From assembly GCA_964555565.1 (NCBI GenBank), contig CAZKTF010000002.1, positions 1 to 46,471 of the forward strand: DNA of 46,471 nt, read 5' to 3'. This stretch comes from an uncultured Planctomycetota bacterium (GTDB lineage: Bacteria; Planctomycetota; JAJSAM01; JAKLKS01). Below are positions 33,845-42,464 of the stretch, in pieces. The notes under the pieces were generated by a model that was not told the origin of the DNA, did not search any database, and saw only the letters and a list, made by a program, of their open reading frames with translations. Numbering within the stretch: position 1 is the stretch's first letter; each line of letters begins with the position of its first letter. Made by a program: the position numbers and the translations under genes.

Positions 33845-34009
33845 GGTGTGTTTGAGAACTCCTGCGTCGCACCGAGGCCGAGCGAGGCGGCCCAGGGCAA
33901 GGCGACGCCGACGAAGCCGACCCGAGGGGAGGGTCGGCGAGGAGGCGCAACGCAGCCATGGGCCGACGCAGCCGGCCGAATGCAGCGGGGGTTCTCAAAC
34001 ACACCCTAG
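33841..34009. repeat. 169-bp palindromic MITE-like element
   Basis: Exact 19-bp terminal inverted repeats ctagggtgtgtttgagaac / gttctcaaacacaccctag (33841-33859 / 33991-34009). Inner complementary pairs ctgcgtcg/cgacgcag (33862-69 / 33964-71) and gccgaccc/gggtcggc (33916-23 / 33931-38). The outermost 4 nt on each side are CTAG. Confidence 0.5.
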
Positions 34010-34012
34010 CAC

Positions 34013-34435
34013 TTGGCCCGTCCCCTGCCCCGCGGCGCAGTCGTTCGACTGGATGCGACGATCATCGCCGTAGGCAGTGAGGCCGGGGCGACTCACCCTG
34101 TTCTCGCCGTAGTCGTCCAGGCGGACGCCTTCCGCCTCGGGAAGACGGTCGTCGTCGTCCCGTTCACGACGCGACTCGATCGTGCACGGAAGCCGTTCGG
34201 CGTGCTCGTTCCGCGCACAGCCGGCAACGGTCTGGCCGAGGACAGCGTCGCGATGTGCTGGCTCCTATGGTCCATCGACAAGGGTCGGCTGGAGAGACGG
34301 CCGCTTGGGAGGGTCTCCGACGCGACACTGGACCTGATCTCCAAGAACGTCGCTGCGCTCATCGACTACGAACCCGACTACCTCTCCCGCACGACACCCC
34401 CGGCGCCCGGGTCACCACCTGCATCCAGGCCGTAG
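34013..34435 (+). CDS. PemK/MazF-family toxin-like protein (orphan)
   Basis: RGAVVRLDATIIAVGSEAGATHPVLAVVVQADAF...KTVVVVPFTTRL...GLAEDSVAMCWLLWSIDKGRLERRPLGRVSD fits the PemK/MazF pattern. TTG start. No small antitoxin ORF upstream. Confidence 0.7.
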   Translation: MARPLPRGAVVRLDATIIAVGSEAGATHPVLAVVVQADAFRLGKTVVVVPFTTRLDRARKPFGVLVPRTAGNGLAEDSVAMCWLLWSIDKGRLERRPLGRVSDATLDLISKNVAALIDYEPDYLSRTTPPAPGSPPASRP

Positions 34436-34450
34436 GCCCCACGGGGCAAC

Positions 34451-34490
34451 CGACCTGGAGCCGGGGGTCCCGGTCCCCTCGGCCTCGCCA
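34451..34490 (+). repeat. Decayed tRNA-Asp 3'-end copy (att-like, R3)
   Basis: The last 18 nt, gtcccctcggcctcgcca (34473-34490), are identical to 3021-3038. Upstream, cgacctggagccgggggtcccg aligns loosely with cgatccggatgttgggggttcga. The downstream flank loosely resembles 3039-3066. Confidence 0.65.
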
Positions 34491-34613
34491 CCCTCTTCCC
34501 CCTGAACCGAGGGTCCCCCCCCCGGGGCGGCGTCCGGCCGCGCGCGATCTCCCCGACTCCGACCATGGACACCCCGCCCGCGGGCCCTACACTCGAGGGC
34601 CGGAGGAGGCCCC

Positions 34614-35813
34614 ATGGCCCGGCCCGCTGCGTGCGCTTTGCTCGCGACCCTGCTCCTCGGCGTCGCCCACGCGCAGGAGGCGCGGCAGGAGGGCCGCGTC
34701 ACGCGGTTCGACCCCGACACCGGGACGCTGGCCCTGGATGCGGGCGGCCGGGCCCGCACGCTTCGCGTCACCGCCGACACCCGGTTCACCGTCGGGAAGG
34801 GGACCGCCATCGCGAACCGCACCGGGCGGCTCGTCCTCCGCCGGGGCCTGGACCTCCGGTTCGCGGCGGGGGCCGGCGACGCGCTGGCCGAGGTCGTCCT
34901 CGACGCGCTGCCGCGCGCCGACACCTCGCGGATGAAGCCACTCCCGGATCTCGGGACCGGGACCTACGAGGGCCGCCCCGGCGGGCTCTACCCCGGGGGG
35001 AGGAACGAGCGCCCCGAGGCCCACGAGAAGGCGGGTCTCGCGCGGGCCGCCGCGGTGGTCCCGCGCGACGCGGACGGGAAGCCCGCGGCGAGCGGCCGCA
35101 TCGTGGTCCTCTCGGTCGGGATGAGCAACTGCACGCAGGAGTTCTCCGCCTTCCAGGCGCTGGCCGGGCGCGATCGGCAGGTGAGCCCGCGCGTCCTCCT
35201 CCTGGACGGGGCCCAGGGGGGGATGACGGCCTTCCGGATCCGGGACCCGGAGTCCCCGGAGGGGCGGAGGTACTGGACGACGAGCGACGCCCGCCTCGCG
35301 GCCGCCAGGGCCACCCCCGCGCAGGTGCAGGTCGTGTGGCTGAAGGAGGCCGACGCGTTCCCCACCGCGGGGTTCGACGAGTACGCCGCGAGCCTCCAGT
35401 CCGAGATGGAGAGCCTCGTCCGCACCCTCGCGCGCCGGTTCCCCAACCTGGCGCTGTGCTACCTCTCCAGCCGCACCTACGGCGGCTACGCCACGAGCCC
35501 CCTCAACCCCGAGCCCTATGCCTACGAGTCGGCCTTCGCGGTGAGGGGCCTCATCGAGGCCCAGATCCGCGGCGCCCCCGGCCTCTCATGCGACGCCTCG
35601 AAGGGCCGCCCCGAGGCCCCCTGGCTCGCCTGGGGCCCCTACCTCTGGGCGAACGCCGAGTCCCCCTCCGCCGACGCCCTCTCCTACGAGCCCGCCGACT
35701 TCGCCGCCGACGGGACCCACCCCTCCCCCCAGGGCCAGCGCAAGATCGCCGAGCGCCTCCTCCGCTTCTTCAAGACCGACCGCACGGCGCGGGGCTGGTT
35801 CCTCGGGACGTAG
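34614..35813 (+). CDS. Secreted protein, possible SGNH/GDSL-like hydrolase
   Basis: ATG follows ggaggagg. Signal peptide MARPAACALLATLLLGVAHAQ. VVLSVGMSNC (block-I-like Ser) and ADGTHPS (DxxH-like) suggest an SGNH fold. The function is tentative. Confidence 0.6.
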   Translation: MARPAACALLATLLLGVAHAQEARQEGRVTRFDPDTGTLALDAGGRARTLRVTADTRFTVGKGTAIANRTGRLVLRRGLDLRFAAGAGDALAEVVLDALPRADTSRMKPLPDLGTGTYEGRPGGLYPGGRNERPEAHEKAGLARAAAVVPRDADGKPAASGRIVVLSVGMSNCTQEFSAFQALAGRDRQVSPRVLLLDGAQGGMTAFRIRDPESPEGRRYWTTSDARLAAARATPAQVQVVWLKEADAFPTAGFDEYAASLQSEMESLVRTLARRFPNLALCYLSSRTYGGYATSPLNPEPYAYESAFAVRGLIEAQIRGAPGLSCDASKGRPEAPWLAWGPYLWANAESPSADALSYEPADFAADGTHPSPQGQRKIAERLLRFFKTDRTARGWFLGT

Positions 35814-35893
35814 GCGGGCCCCCCGCGGAGGATCGGCCGAGCGGTTGAACGCGGCGTTCCTGACCCACCGCGGATCTGACCAAGACAACGCTC

Positions 35894-36889
35894 TTAGCGG
35901 CTCAGGACTTTGCGGGCGTGACCCGCGAGAAGGTCTCGGTCGGGACGATCGGCCGGATCCTCGGGGACCCGCACATGCTGGCCGTCGAGAGGGTAGTAGG
36001 CGCGGCCGTTCTTCCAGCGGTCGCGGAGACGGGGGCTGACGCGAAACTCGAGGTCCGGGGTGACCGTCACGTAGCCACCGTCATAGAGCCGGTGCAAATC
36101 GGCGCGGAGGAGCAGGCCGTTGGAGACGGCGTGCGGGCCTCCCTCGGAGTACGGACGGATGTGGGCGGCCTCTAGAACGGGGACGCTGTGCTCCCCGGTC
36201 ACCGCGCAGGCCCACCCGTAGGCGTCCGAGACGGCGATCCGGAACGTGCCCTGGCCGAGCCGGGGGCAAACGAGGTGCGGGGGCCCGTAGCGAGCGCCTT
36301 CGGGGACGCCCTCCGCGGCCTCGCCCTGGGCGGGGGCTCGAGGTCCTCCGACGAAGGCCCGGACGCGGCACTCTTCCCAGATCCGGGCGCCCTCACCTTC
36401 GACAAGCGAGTAGGCCTTCCCGGAGACGATGTATCGGCTCCAGTCGGAGGGCTGGGCGACCCACTGCGCATCCTCAAAGAAGCAGGGTTCGCTGATCATA
36501 AGGCAGGTGATCGTGGGGTCGGGGTCCTCGGCGACCGCCTTCGCGCCCCGCAGCCGGCGCCGGATCCGCAAGATGCTCGCCCGGAGGTCCGCGTGCGTCG
36601 CGGCGCCGTTTGCCTCTAGGAAGGCCTCCCAGGCGAGGGAGAGGGGCACGCGCGAGGCGCGGGCGTAGTAGCCGAAGCCTCCAATGGCGCCGTGCGGCGC
36701 CTTGAGCCGTAACAGGAAGGGCTCTCCCGGCGAGGCGGCGTGGAACTCCTCCTCGTTCGAGGGCCGCCAGAAGTTGACCTCCTCAAGCGGCGCTCCCGCG
36801 CGCGCCCTCTCCGCGGCCAGCCGGCGCAGGTGGAGGAACCAGCGCTGGTCGGTGTTGGCGACGTATCCCGAGGGTTCCCGCGTCTCCAC
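35894..36889 (-). CDS. HNH endonuclease (HNH_2 type) with PUA/EVE-like N-terminal domain
   Basis: C-terminal RLGQGTFRIAVSDAYGWACAVTGEHSVPVLEAAHIRPYSEGGPHAVSNGLLLRADLHRLYD is the HNH_2 pattern. N-terminal NTDQRWFLHL...VNFWRPS...GEPFLLRLKAPHGAIGGFG is the module usually fused to it. Confidence 0.8.
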   Translation of the reverse strand: METREPSGYVANTDQRWFLHLRRLAAERARAGAPLEEVNFWRPSNEEEFHAASPGEPFLLRLKAPHGAIGGFGYYARASRVPLSLAWEAFLEANGAATHADLRASILRIRRRLRGAKAVAEDPDPTITCLMISEPCFFEDAQWVAQPSDWSRYIVSGKAYSLVEGEGARIWEECRVRAFVGGPRAPAQGEAAEGVPEGARYGPPHLVCPRLGQGTFRIAVSDAYGWACAVTGEHSVPVLEAAHIRPYSEGGPHAVSNGLLLRADLHRLYDGGYVTVTPDLEFRVSPRLRDRWKNGRAYYPLDGQHVRVPEDPADRPDRDLLAGHARKVLSR

Positions 36890-36985
36890 GCGGCGGATCG
36901 TACCCGGCCCGCGTGCGGTGGCCTACCGGCACCGTGTACAATCCTCCCGGGCGATGGGACCCAGCCGGGGCCGGGAGGAGGGCGG

Positions 36986-37765
36986 ATGATCCAGTTCGAG
37001 TCCAAGACGGACTTTCTCCACCCGGCCGAGATCCACGGGGCCTACTCCGAATGCCTGGAGGGGGCGACCGAGTGGCTCACGATGGTGATGCCCTGGTACA
37101 CGCCGAGTCCCCAGATCCGGGATCAGATCTTCGGGATGTTCGGCCGAGACGTGGCCCTGACGCTCGTGACCCGTCCTCTCTCGGACGAGAAGGACCCCGA
37201 GCACAAGGCGCAGCTGAAGGAGCTCATGGGCCGCCAGAGGATGGTGCGCCGCCAGCGCCTGTTCGGCCTGGGCACGGCCGTGGAGTTCCCACTCATCGAG
37301 CTGCTGCTCGTCAAGGACGTGCACGCGAAGACCATCATCCAGGACCGGAACTGCGTCGTCGTGAGCTCCTCCAACCTGAACCTGATGTCGATCGGGCGGA
37401 ACACAGAGTTCGGGATCCGATGCCGCGAGTCGGGCGTGGTCGAGAAAGCGCTCCAGGCAGTCGAGAACCTCCGGAGCTCCGACCGGTGCCAGTCGCATGC
37501 CAACGGGAAGGTCCGGCAGTGCTCCTGCGGCGAATGGCTCCTGGGCCAGGGCAAGCACGCGTGCGCAGCATCGGGCTCGAAGCAGGTCCCGGCGACGGAT
37601 ACCGCCGCCTCTGCGTCACCTCCCCCGCCGGCGAAGACCGCCCCGGAGAAGCCGAGGGCCCCGGCTGAAGGCGCAGGGTCCTCGAAGTGCCCTGGGTGCG
37701 GGAAGCCGAAGAAGCCCTTCTACCCGCTGTGCTACGACTGCAACGCGGGGAAGAAGGCCAAGTAG
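36986..37765 (+). CDS. PLD-family (single HKD, Nuc-like) nuclease with C-terminal zinc ribbons
   Basis: ATG follows gggaggaggg. HKD motif VHAKTIIQDRNCVVVSSSNL. C-terminal CSCGEWLLGQGKHAC and CPGCGKPKKPFYPLCYDC. Confidence 0.8.
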   Translation: MIQFESKTDFLHPAEIHGAYSECLEGATEWLTMVMPWYTPSPQIRDQIFGMFGRDVALTLVTRPLSDEKDPEHKAQLKELMGRQRMVRRQRLFGLGTAVEFPLIELLLVKDVHAKTIIQDRNCVVVSSSNLNLMSIGRNTEFGIRCRESGVVEKALQAVENLRSSDRCQSHANGKVRQCSCGEWLLGQGKHACAASGSKQVPATDTAASASPPPPAKTAPEKPRAPAEGAGSSKCPGCGKPKKPFYPLCYDCNAGKKAK

Positions 37766-37897
37766 CGAGGAGTCGAGCCGACCTCCGCGTTCTCGGCTAC
37801 GACCCCGGAGGGGCCGGTGCCAACGGCCTCGCCCTTGTCACGATTCGCGCCGGGCTGGCCTCAAGAGTCGGACCCTGCGTCCCATGGGAGAATCCCG

Positions 37898-37936
37898 TTG
37901 ACAGATTGCAAGGTTCTAGATACGATTTCCTTGCAA
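37898..37936 (+). promoter_or_regulatory. Near-consensus promoter plus inverted-repeat operator of the abiE operon
   Basis: TTGACA (37898-37903), 17-nt spacer, TACGAT (37921-37926). Inverted repeat TTGCAAGG / CCTTGCAA (37906-37913 / 37929-37936) spans the spacer and the start codon region. Confidence 0.55.
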
Positions 37937-38568
37937 TGTGTACCGTGGCTGCCACTGTCCGCAAGAGGATCCGAAGGGCCCGTCCGGGGACCTTCTTCCG
38001 GTCCTCCGACTTCGAGGGGACTCGATCCGCGGTCGAGTCCTACCTTTCCCGGCTTGCCGCGGACGAGAAAGGCCTCCTGCGGGTCCGACGGGGGCTCTAC
38101 TGGAAGGGCGTCCCGTCGCGATTCGGCCCCGGACGACCCAGAGTCGATGACATCGTCCGCAAGGTCACGGTGGGAAGCGGAGCAGGGCCGGCGGGCTGGT
38201 CCGCGGGCCATGCGCTCGGTCTCTCGACCCAGGTGCCGGCAACGGCGACATACGCCGTCGTCGGTCCTCCACCCACCGGCATTCCTGGAGCTGCGTTCTG
38301 CTCCCGGCGGAACCTGGAACGCCTCGGGCTCAAGTACCTCGAGATCGCCCTCCTTGAAGTTCTCCGCGATTGGCCGAGGTTTGTCGAGGCCGATTGGGCC
38401 ACGCTCGTGGTTCGGGTCTCCGATCTCCGGGACGCGGGTCGCATCCGGCCGGAACGCGTACGCAAGGCGGCAGAGAGGGAGAAGGTGCCGGCGCTCCGGG
38501 AGCGGGTCGCGGCGCTCGTCACCGAACTTGCTTCTCATTCCCACGTTCCTGCCCCGCGGCGGGCCTAG
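37936..38568 (+). CDS. abiEi: AbiEi-family antitoxin/transcriptional regulator
   Basis: ATG 37936. N-terminal FFRSSDFEGTRSAVESYLSRLAADEKGLLRVRRGLYW (wHTH-like), then GHALGLSTQVPATATYAVVGPPPTGIP...EIALLEVLRDWP. A DUF1814 gene follows 3 nt later. Confidence 0.8.
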   Translation: MCTVAATVRKRIRRARPGTFFRSSDFEGTRSAVESYLSRLAADEKGLLRVRRGLYWKGVPSRFGPGRPRVDDIVRKVTVGSGAGPAGWSAGHALGLSTQVPATATYAVVGPPPTGIPGAAFCSRRNLERLGLKYLEIALLEVLRDWPRFVEADWATLVVRVSDLRDAGRIRPERVRKAAEREKVPALRERVAALVTELASHSHVPAPRRA

Positions 38569-38571
38569 CCC

Positions 38572-39231
38572 GTGGCGCGGCTTCGGGACTCACCGGATAA
38601 CCTGTTCGCGCTCGTGGGACGGACCGCGGACGCGCTCCGACTCCCGGCCGAGTTCGTCGAGAAGGACTACTGGATCACCGAGACGCTCCGGAGCGTCGCG
38701 CGACCGATGGAGGGCGCCGAGGTCGTGTTCAAGGGGGGGACCAGTCTCTCGAAGGGGCACGGACTGATCGAACGGTTCTCCGAGGACGTGGACATCCTCT
38801 ACGAAGAGCTCTTCCCCCTCGAGATCCGCGTCCTCCATCCACAAAGGACACTGTTCGAGAAACTGGCGGCCCTCCACCATCTCGCGAGCGGCTTTCCGGC
38901 CTCCGGGATGGAGCTGCGTCGCGCGGCCCGTCACCTCTACGACGTCTTCCGGCTCCTGACCAACGCAGGGGTCCGGGAGTCTCTTGGCCGGTCGGCGAAA
39001 CTCGCCGAAGAGGTCGCTGCCGACATGGCGACCGTCAGTCGCGAGTGGGAGTGGCCCCATGCACCGCGACCGGAGGGCGGGTACGCCGCCAGTCCGGCGT
39101 TCGACCCGAACCACCCCTCACAAGCGATTCTCGCCGCCGGCCTCGAGGACACTCGCGCCCTGATCGTCGGCAAGATGCCCACGATCGAGGATTGCCGAAG
39201 GGCTGTCCGGGAGGCCGCGGACCTCCTCTGA
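38572..39231 (+). CDS. abiEii: AbiEii/DUF1814 nucleotidyltransferase toxin, unusually short (219 aa)
   Basis: FVEKDYWITETLRSV...VVFKGGTSLSKGHGLIERFSEDVDIL is the AbiEii NTase core. Only ~17 residues then separate it from ...RTLFEKLAALHHL..., which suggests an internal deletion. Confidence 0.7.
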   Translation: MARLRDSPDNLFALVGRTADALRLPAEFVEKDYWITETLRSVARPMEGAEVVFKGGTSLSKGHGLIERFSEDVDILYEELFPLEIRVLHPQRTLFEKLAALHHLASGFPASGMELRRAARHLYDVFRLLTNAGVRESLGRSAKLAEEVAADMATVSREWEWPHAPRPEGGYAASPAFDPNHPSQAILAAGLEDTRALIVGKMPTIEDCRRAVREAADLL

Positions 39232-39512
39232 TTGCAGGCAGACCGGTTGAGGGATCCGCGGCGCTTGTCCGGCTCCCGGTCCGGATCCCGCGATCCGATG
39301 CCCGTGCATGACCTCCAAGCCGATGAGGCCGGTGGACCCGGGCCCGGCGGCCGGGTCATCCCGTGGGACCTCCTCATTGCGGATGTGGTGATGCCCGGGT
39401 GACCTGCCCCCGCACGGCTTCTCCGACGGGCCGGGGCGAGGGGTCGCGCGGGGGCCGAGGGAGGGGGGACCGTCCGGCCGAGCTACTTGACAACTTGCGG
39501 ACGTCCCCTTGT

Positions 39513-42170
39513 CTACCCGAGCCTCTCGACGGCGGCCGCGATGGAGTTCCGCATCGAGTCCCGCCCGTGGCCGGTGCACGCCACCCACGGGATGGCGGCC
39601 TGGCTGCACATGCGCCGCACGTGCATGCCGAAGAGGGTGCGGACGTAGCGCATGAGGACGACCGCCTGCGACTGCCGGACGAGGTTCTCCACGCGGGGGA
39701 GTTCGCGGCCCCAGTTGCTCGACCAGCCCGAGAACTCGAAGGTGACCGCCACGTTGGGCCAGCGCTCCGCGACCCACCGGAGGATGTCGTCGCGGTACCT
39801 CTCCTGGGTCTCGTTGCCGCCCACGAAGAGGATCCGGCCCCGGACGGGGTCCGGGGCGGCTTCCGCCGCGGGCGCGGGGGCGGCCTCGAGGCGGCGCACG
39901 AGGACCGGGTCCGGGGTGACCGCGCCGAAGGCCCGGATCCGCTCGAGCAGGCCGCGGGCCTCCCCCTCCGCGTCCCGGTCCCCGCGGGCGAGGGTCGCGT
40001 GGGCGAGCGCCGTGAGCACGGCCGCGGCCTCGTCGAGCCGCCCCTGGGCCTCCAGCGCCCGGGCGCGGAAAAGGGCCGCGTCCTCGGGCTCCCACGCGGG
40101 GCGGTAGAACTCCTCGGCCTCCAGCGCCTTCAGCAGCCGCTCCCTCTCCGCGCCCGCCTGGGCCAGGGCCTCCAGCCCGTCAAGCGCCCTCCGCGCGAGG
40201 TCCATGTCCCGCGCCTGCTTCCCCAGCCGGAGGAGGGCGAGGAGATCGTCGAAACGCCGCGCCGGGGGCATGGCCTCGTCCTCGGCGCGGCGGACGAGCG
40301 CGTCGCGCAGGGACGGGAGCCTCGGGAGGAGGTCCGCCTCCCCCGCCGCGTCGAGGAGCGCGTCCCCCAGGACCGGCTCGAGCGCCTCGGCGACGCGCGT
40401 GGCGGCCCCGGGGTCGCAGGTGGCGATGTCGCAGAGGGCCTCCCGGACGATGTACGGGGCCTCCCGTCCGGCGACCCGGGCCCCGGCCACGAGCTTCTCC
40501 GCCGCGTGGTTCATGTGACCCGGCTCCAGGGTCGCGGCGAGGCACCGCGCCTGGTACAGCCGGGCGCGCGCCAGCACCCCGATCGGGGCGTAGACCCCCG
40601 GGCGCCTCTCCATCTCGGAGACCGCCCGCGACAGCACGGGGAGCGCCCCCTCGAGGTCCCCCCGCGCGAGGAGGAGGACCCCGAGGCAGAACTCGCCGTG
40701 CCCGCCCTCCCCCCCGACCCTGGCGGACTCGCGGAACCGCGGCTCCCCCTGCGTCAGGGTCCGGGCGGTCTCCGGGAGGTCGGCGCGGCTCTCCGGGAGC
40801 CGCACCTCCGCGAGCGAGCGGAACCCCGAGGCGACCAGCCCGAGGTCGGCGCGGATCATGGCCTCCCGGTCCCCGGGGCCCTCCCGAAGGAGGGACTCCA
40901 GCAGGGCCCGGGCCTTCTCCAGGTCCCCCAGCAGGCGCGCGCGGTGCGCCTGGCGGCGGCGGAGCTCGCGGCGGTCCTCGGGGGGAGGGGGCGTCCCGAA
41001 CCCCTCGAGAACGCCGAGGGCCCCTTGGAGCCGATCGAGGAGGAGGCCGGCCTCGTCGGCCCGGAGCGCCCGGAGGAGGTCGCTGGCGACCTCCAGGATG
41101 CGCTTGAAGAGGGCCGGGCCCGCCTGCGCCACGGCGGGCGGCTGGATCGCCTCGGCGGCGGCGGAGGGACCCTTCACCTCGAGGAACGCCTCGAACAGGA
41201 GCGGGGCGGCCACGGCCGCGGCCCGCCCCGCCGGGCCCTGCCCCGACCCGAGCGCGCGCGCCTCCTCGCGGCGGGCCTCCGCGAGCCCCACGATGGCGGC
41301 GCGGTCGTTCCGGCGCGCGAGCCCGGCGAAGACACCGCAGAGGTACCACGCCCGCCGATCGGCGCTGGCCTCCGGCCAGTCGAAGGACGGGTCCCGGCCC
41401 GTGAGGACGTCGAGGAACCCGCGGTGGAAGTAGGAGGCGTGGCGCCCGGGATTGAGGGCCACGAACTCCTCGACCAGGTCCCGGACCTGGTCCTCCTCCA
41501 GGCTCCCGACGCCCCCGGCGACGGAGGCCACGACGGCGTCGGTCACCAGGTGGTCGAGGTTGGTGAAGGGGTCCCGTCCCGCATCGAGGGTGGGCGTCTC
41601 CGTCTGCGGCGCCATCTCGGCCGCGACCGGGAGCGGGACCTCCTCGGTCGCCCCGCCGGCGACCCGCCGGGCCTCGACCGCGGCCCGGGCGGAGGGAAGG
41701 TCGCTCCAGAACTCCGGCCTCTCGGCCTCGAGGCAGTCGAGGTAGAGGCGCACCTCGTCGGCGTCGAACTCCCCGAAGATGCGGTCGGCGGCCGCCTCGA
41801 TGCGGTCCCGCGGCGGCGGGGTCCCCCGGTACACGACCTTCGCCTCGAACTTCCCGTTCTCGTGGGGGAGTCCCAGGGCATCCAGGAACCGCCGCAGCAT
41901 GTGGGGGCGCCGGCCGAGGAGCATGCGCTGGAGCGCCACGGCGACGAGGATGTCCGGAGGCTCCGGCTGCCGGGCGAGCATCTGCACGCGCTTCTCGTGC
42001 GAGAGGCTCTTCTCGACGAACACCGGCCGGGCGCGGAGCATGTCGGCCAGGTAGTCGATGCCGAACTGCCACTGCGAGTCCCCGCGCCGGACCCCCGTCC
42101 AGAAGGCCCCCGACGCCTCGAGGCGCTCCTCCGGGGAGAGCCCGCGCCAGATCCCGGTCCACGTGTTCAC
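39513..42170 (-). CDS. Large helical-repeat (TPR-like) protein with DUF2325-like C-terminal domain
   Basis: Long alpha-helical repeat region. C-terminal RILFVGGNETQER...SQAVVLMRYVRTLFGMHVRRMCSQAAIPWVACTGHG resembles DUF2325. I prefer GTG 42170 because the extension to 42290 contains rare TTT TTT CGA codons. Confidence 0.65.
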   Translation of the reverse strand: MNTWTGIWRGLSPEERLEASGAFWTGVRRGDSQWQFGIDYLADMLRARPVFVEKSLSHEKRVQMLARQPEPPDILVAVALQRMLLGRRPHMLRRFLDALGLPHENGKFEAKVVYRGTPPPRDRIEAAADRIFGEFDADEVRLYLDCLEAERPEFWSDLPSARAAVEARRVAGGATEEVPLPVAAEMAPQTETPTLDAGRDPFTNLDHLVTDAVVASVAGGVGSLEEDQVRDLVEEFVALNPGRHASYFHRGFLDVLTGRDPSFDWPEASADRRAWYLCGVFAGLARRNDRAAIVGLAEARREEARALGSGQGPAGRAAAVAAPLLFEAFLEVKGPSAAAEAIQPPAVAQAGPALFKRILEVASDLLRALRADEAGLLLDRLQGALGVLEGFGTPPPPEDRRELRRRQAHRARLLGDLEKARALLESLLREGPGDREAMIRADLGLVASGFRSLAEVRLPESRADLPETARTLTQGEPRFRESARVGGEGGHGEFCLGVLLLARGDLEGALPVLSRAVSEMERRPGVYAPIGVLARARLYQARCLAATLEPGHMNHAAEKLVAGARVAGREAPYIVREALCDIATCDPGAATRVAEALEPVLGDALLDAAGEADLLPRLPSLRDALVRRAEDEAMPPARRFDDLLALLRLGKQARDMDLARRALDGLEALAQAGAERERLLKALEAEEFYRPAWEPEDAALFRARALEAQGRLDEAAAVLTALAHATLARGDRDAEGEARGLLERIRAFGAVTPDPVLVRRLEAAPAPAAEAAPDPVRGRILFVGGNETQERYRDDILRWVAERWPNVAVTFEFSGWSSNWGRELPRVENLVRQSQAVVLMRYVRTLFGMHVRRMCSQAAIPWVACTGHGRDSMRNSIAAAVERLG

Positions 42171-42284
42171 GCCACCAGAGTACGGCGCGGCGGGGGCCCC
42201 GGCGAGGACGGCGATCCCCGACCCGACCCGGAACCGCCCGCGCTCGCCGCGGGCGCCGGGCGGCGTCGGTCGAAAAAAGGTGCC

Positions 42285-42299
42285 TGGCACCGCACCTGC
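42285..42299 (+). promoter_or_regulatory. Sigma-54-like -24/-12 element (weak call)
   Basis: TGGCAC-cgcac-CTGC has correct GG-N10-GC spacing, 166 nt upstream of the 42465 start. It overlaps the palindrome GGTGCCTGGCACC (42279-42291). Confidence 0.2.
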
Positions 42300-42464
42300 G
42301 GAAAGGTGTACCCTGTCCGTGGCGGCGAGTGGGTTGCCCCGCGGTCCTCACCATCCCTATTTCTCCAACCGCACGGGCGTGAAAGGCAGGGCCTCGCCCG
42401 CTACCGCCAACTGGGGGCCGGCTCGCGCTAGCCGGGCCGGCCCCCTAAGCCGGGAGGAGGGACC

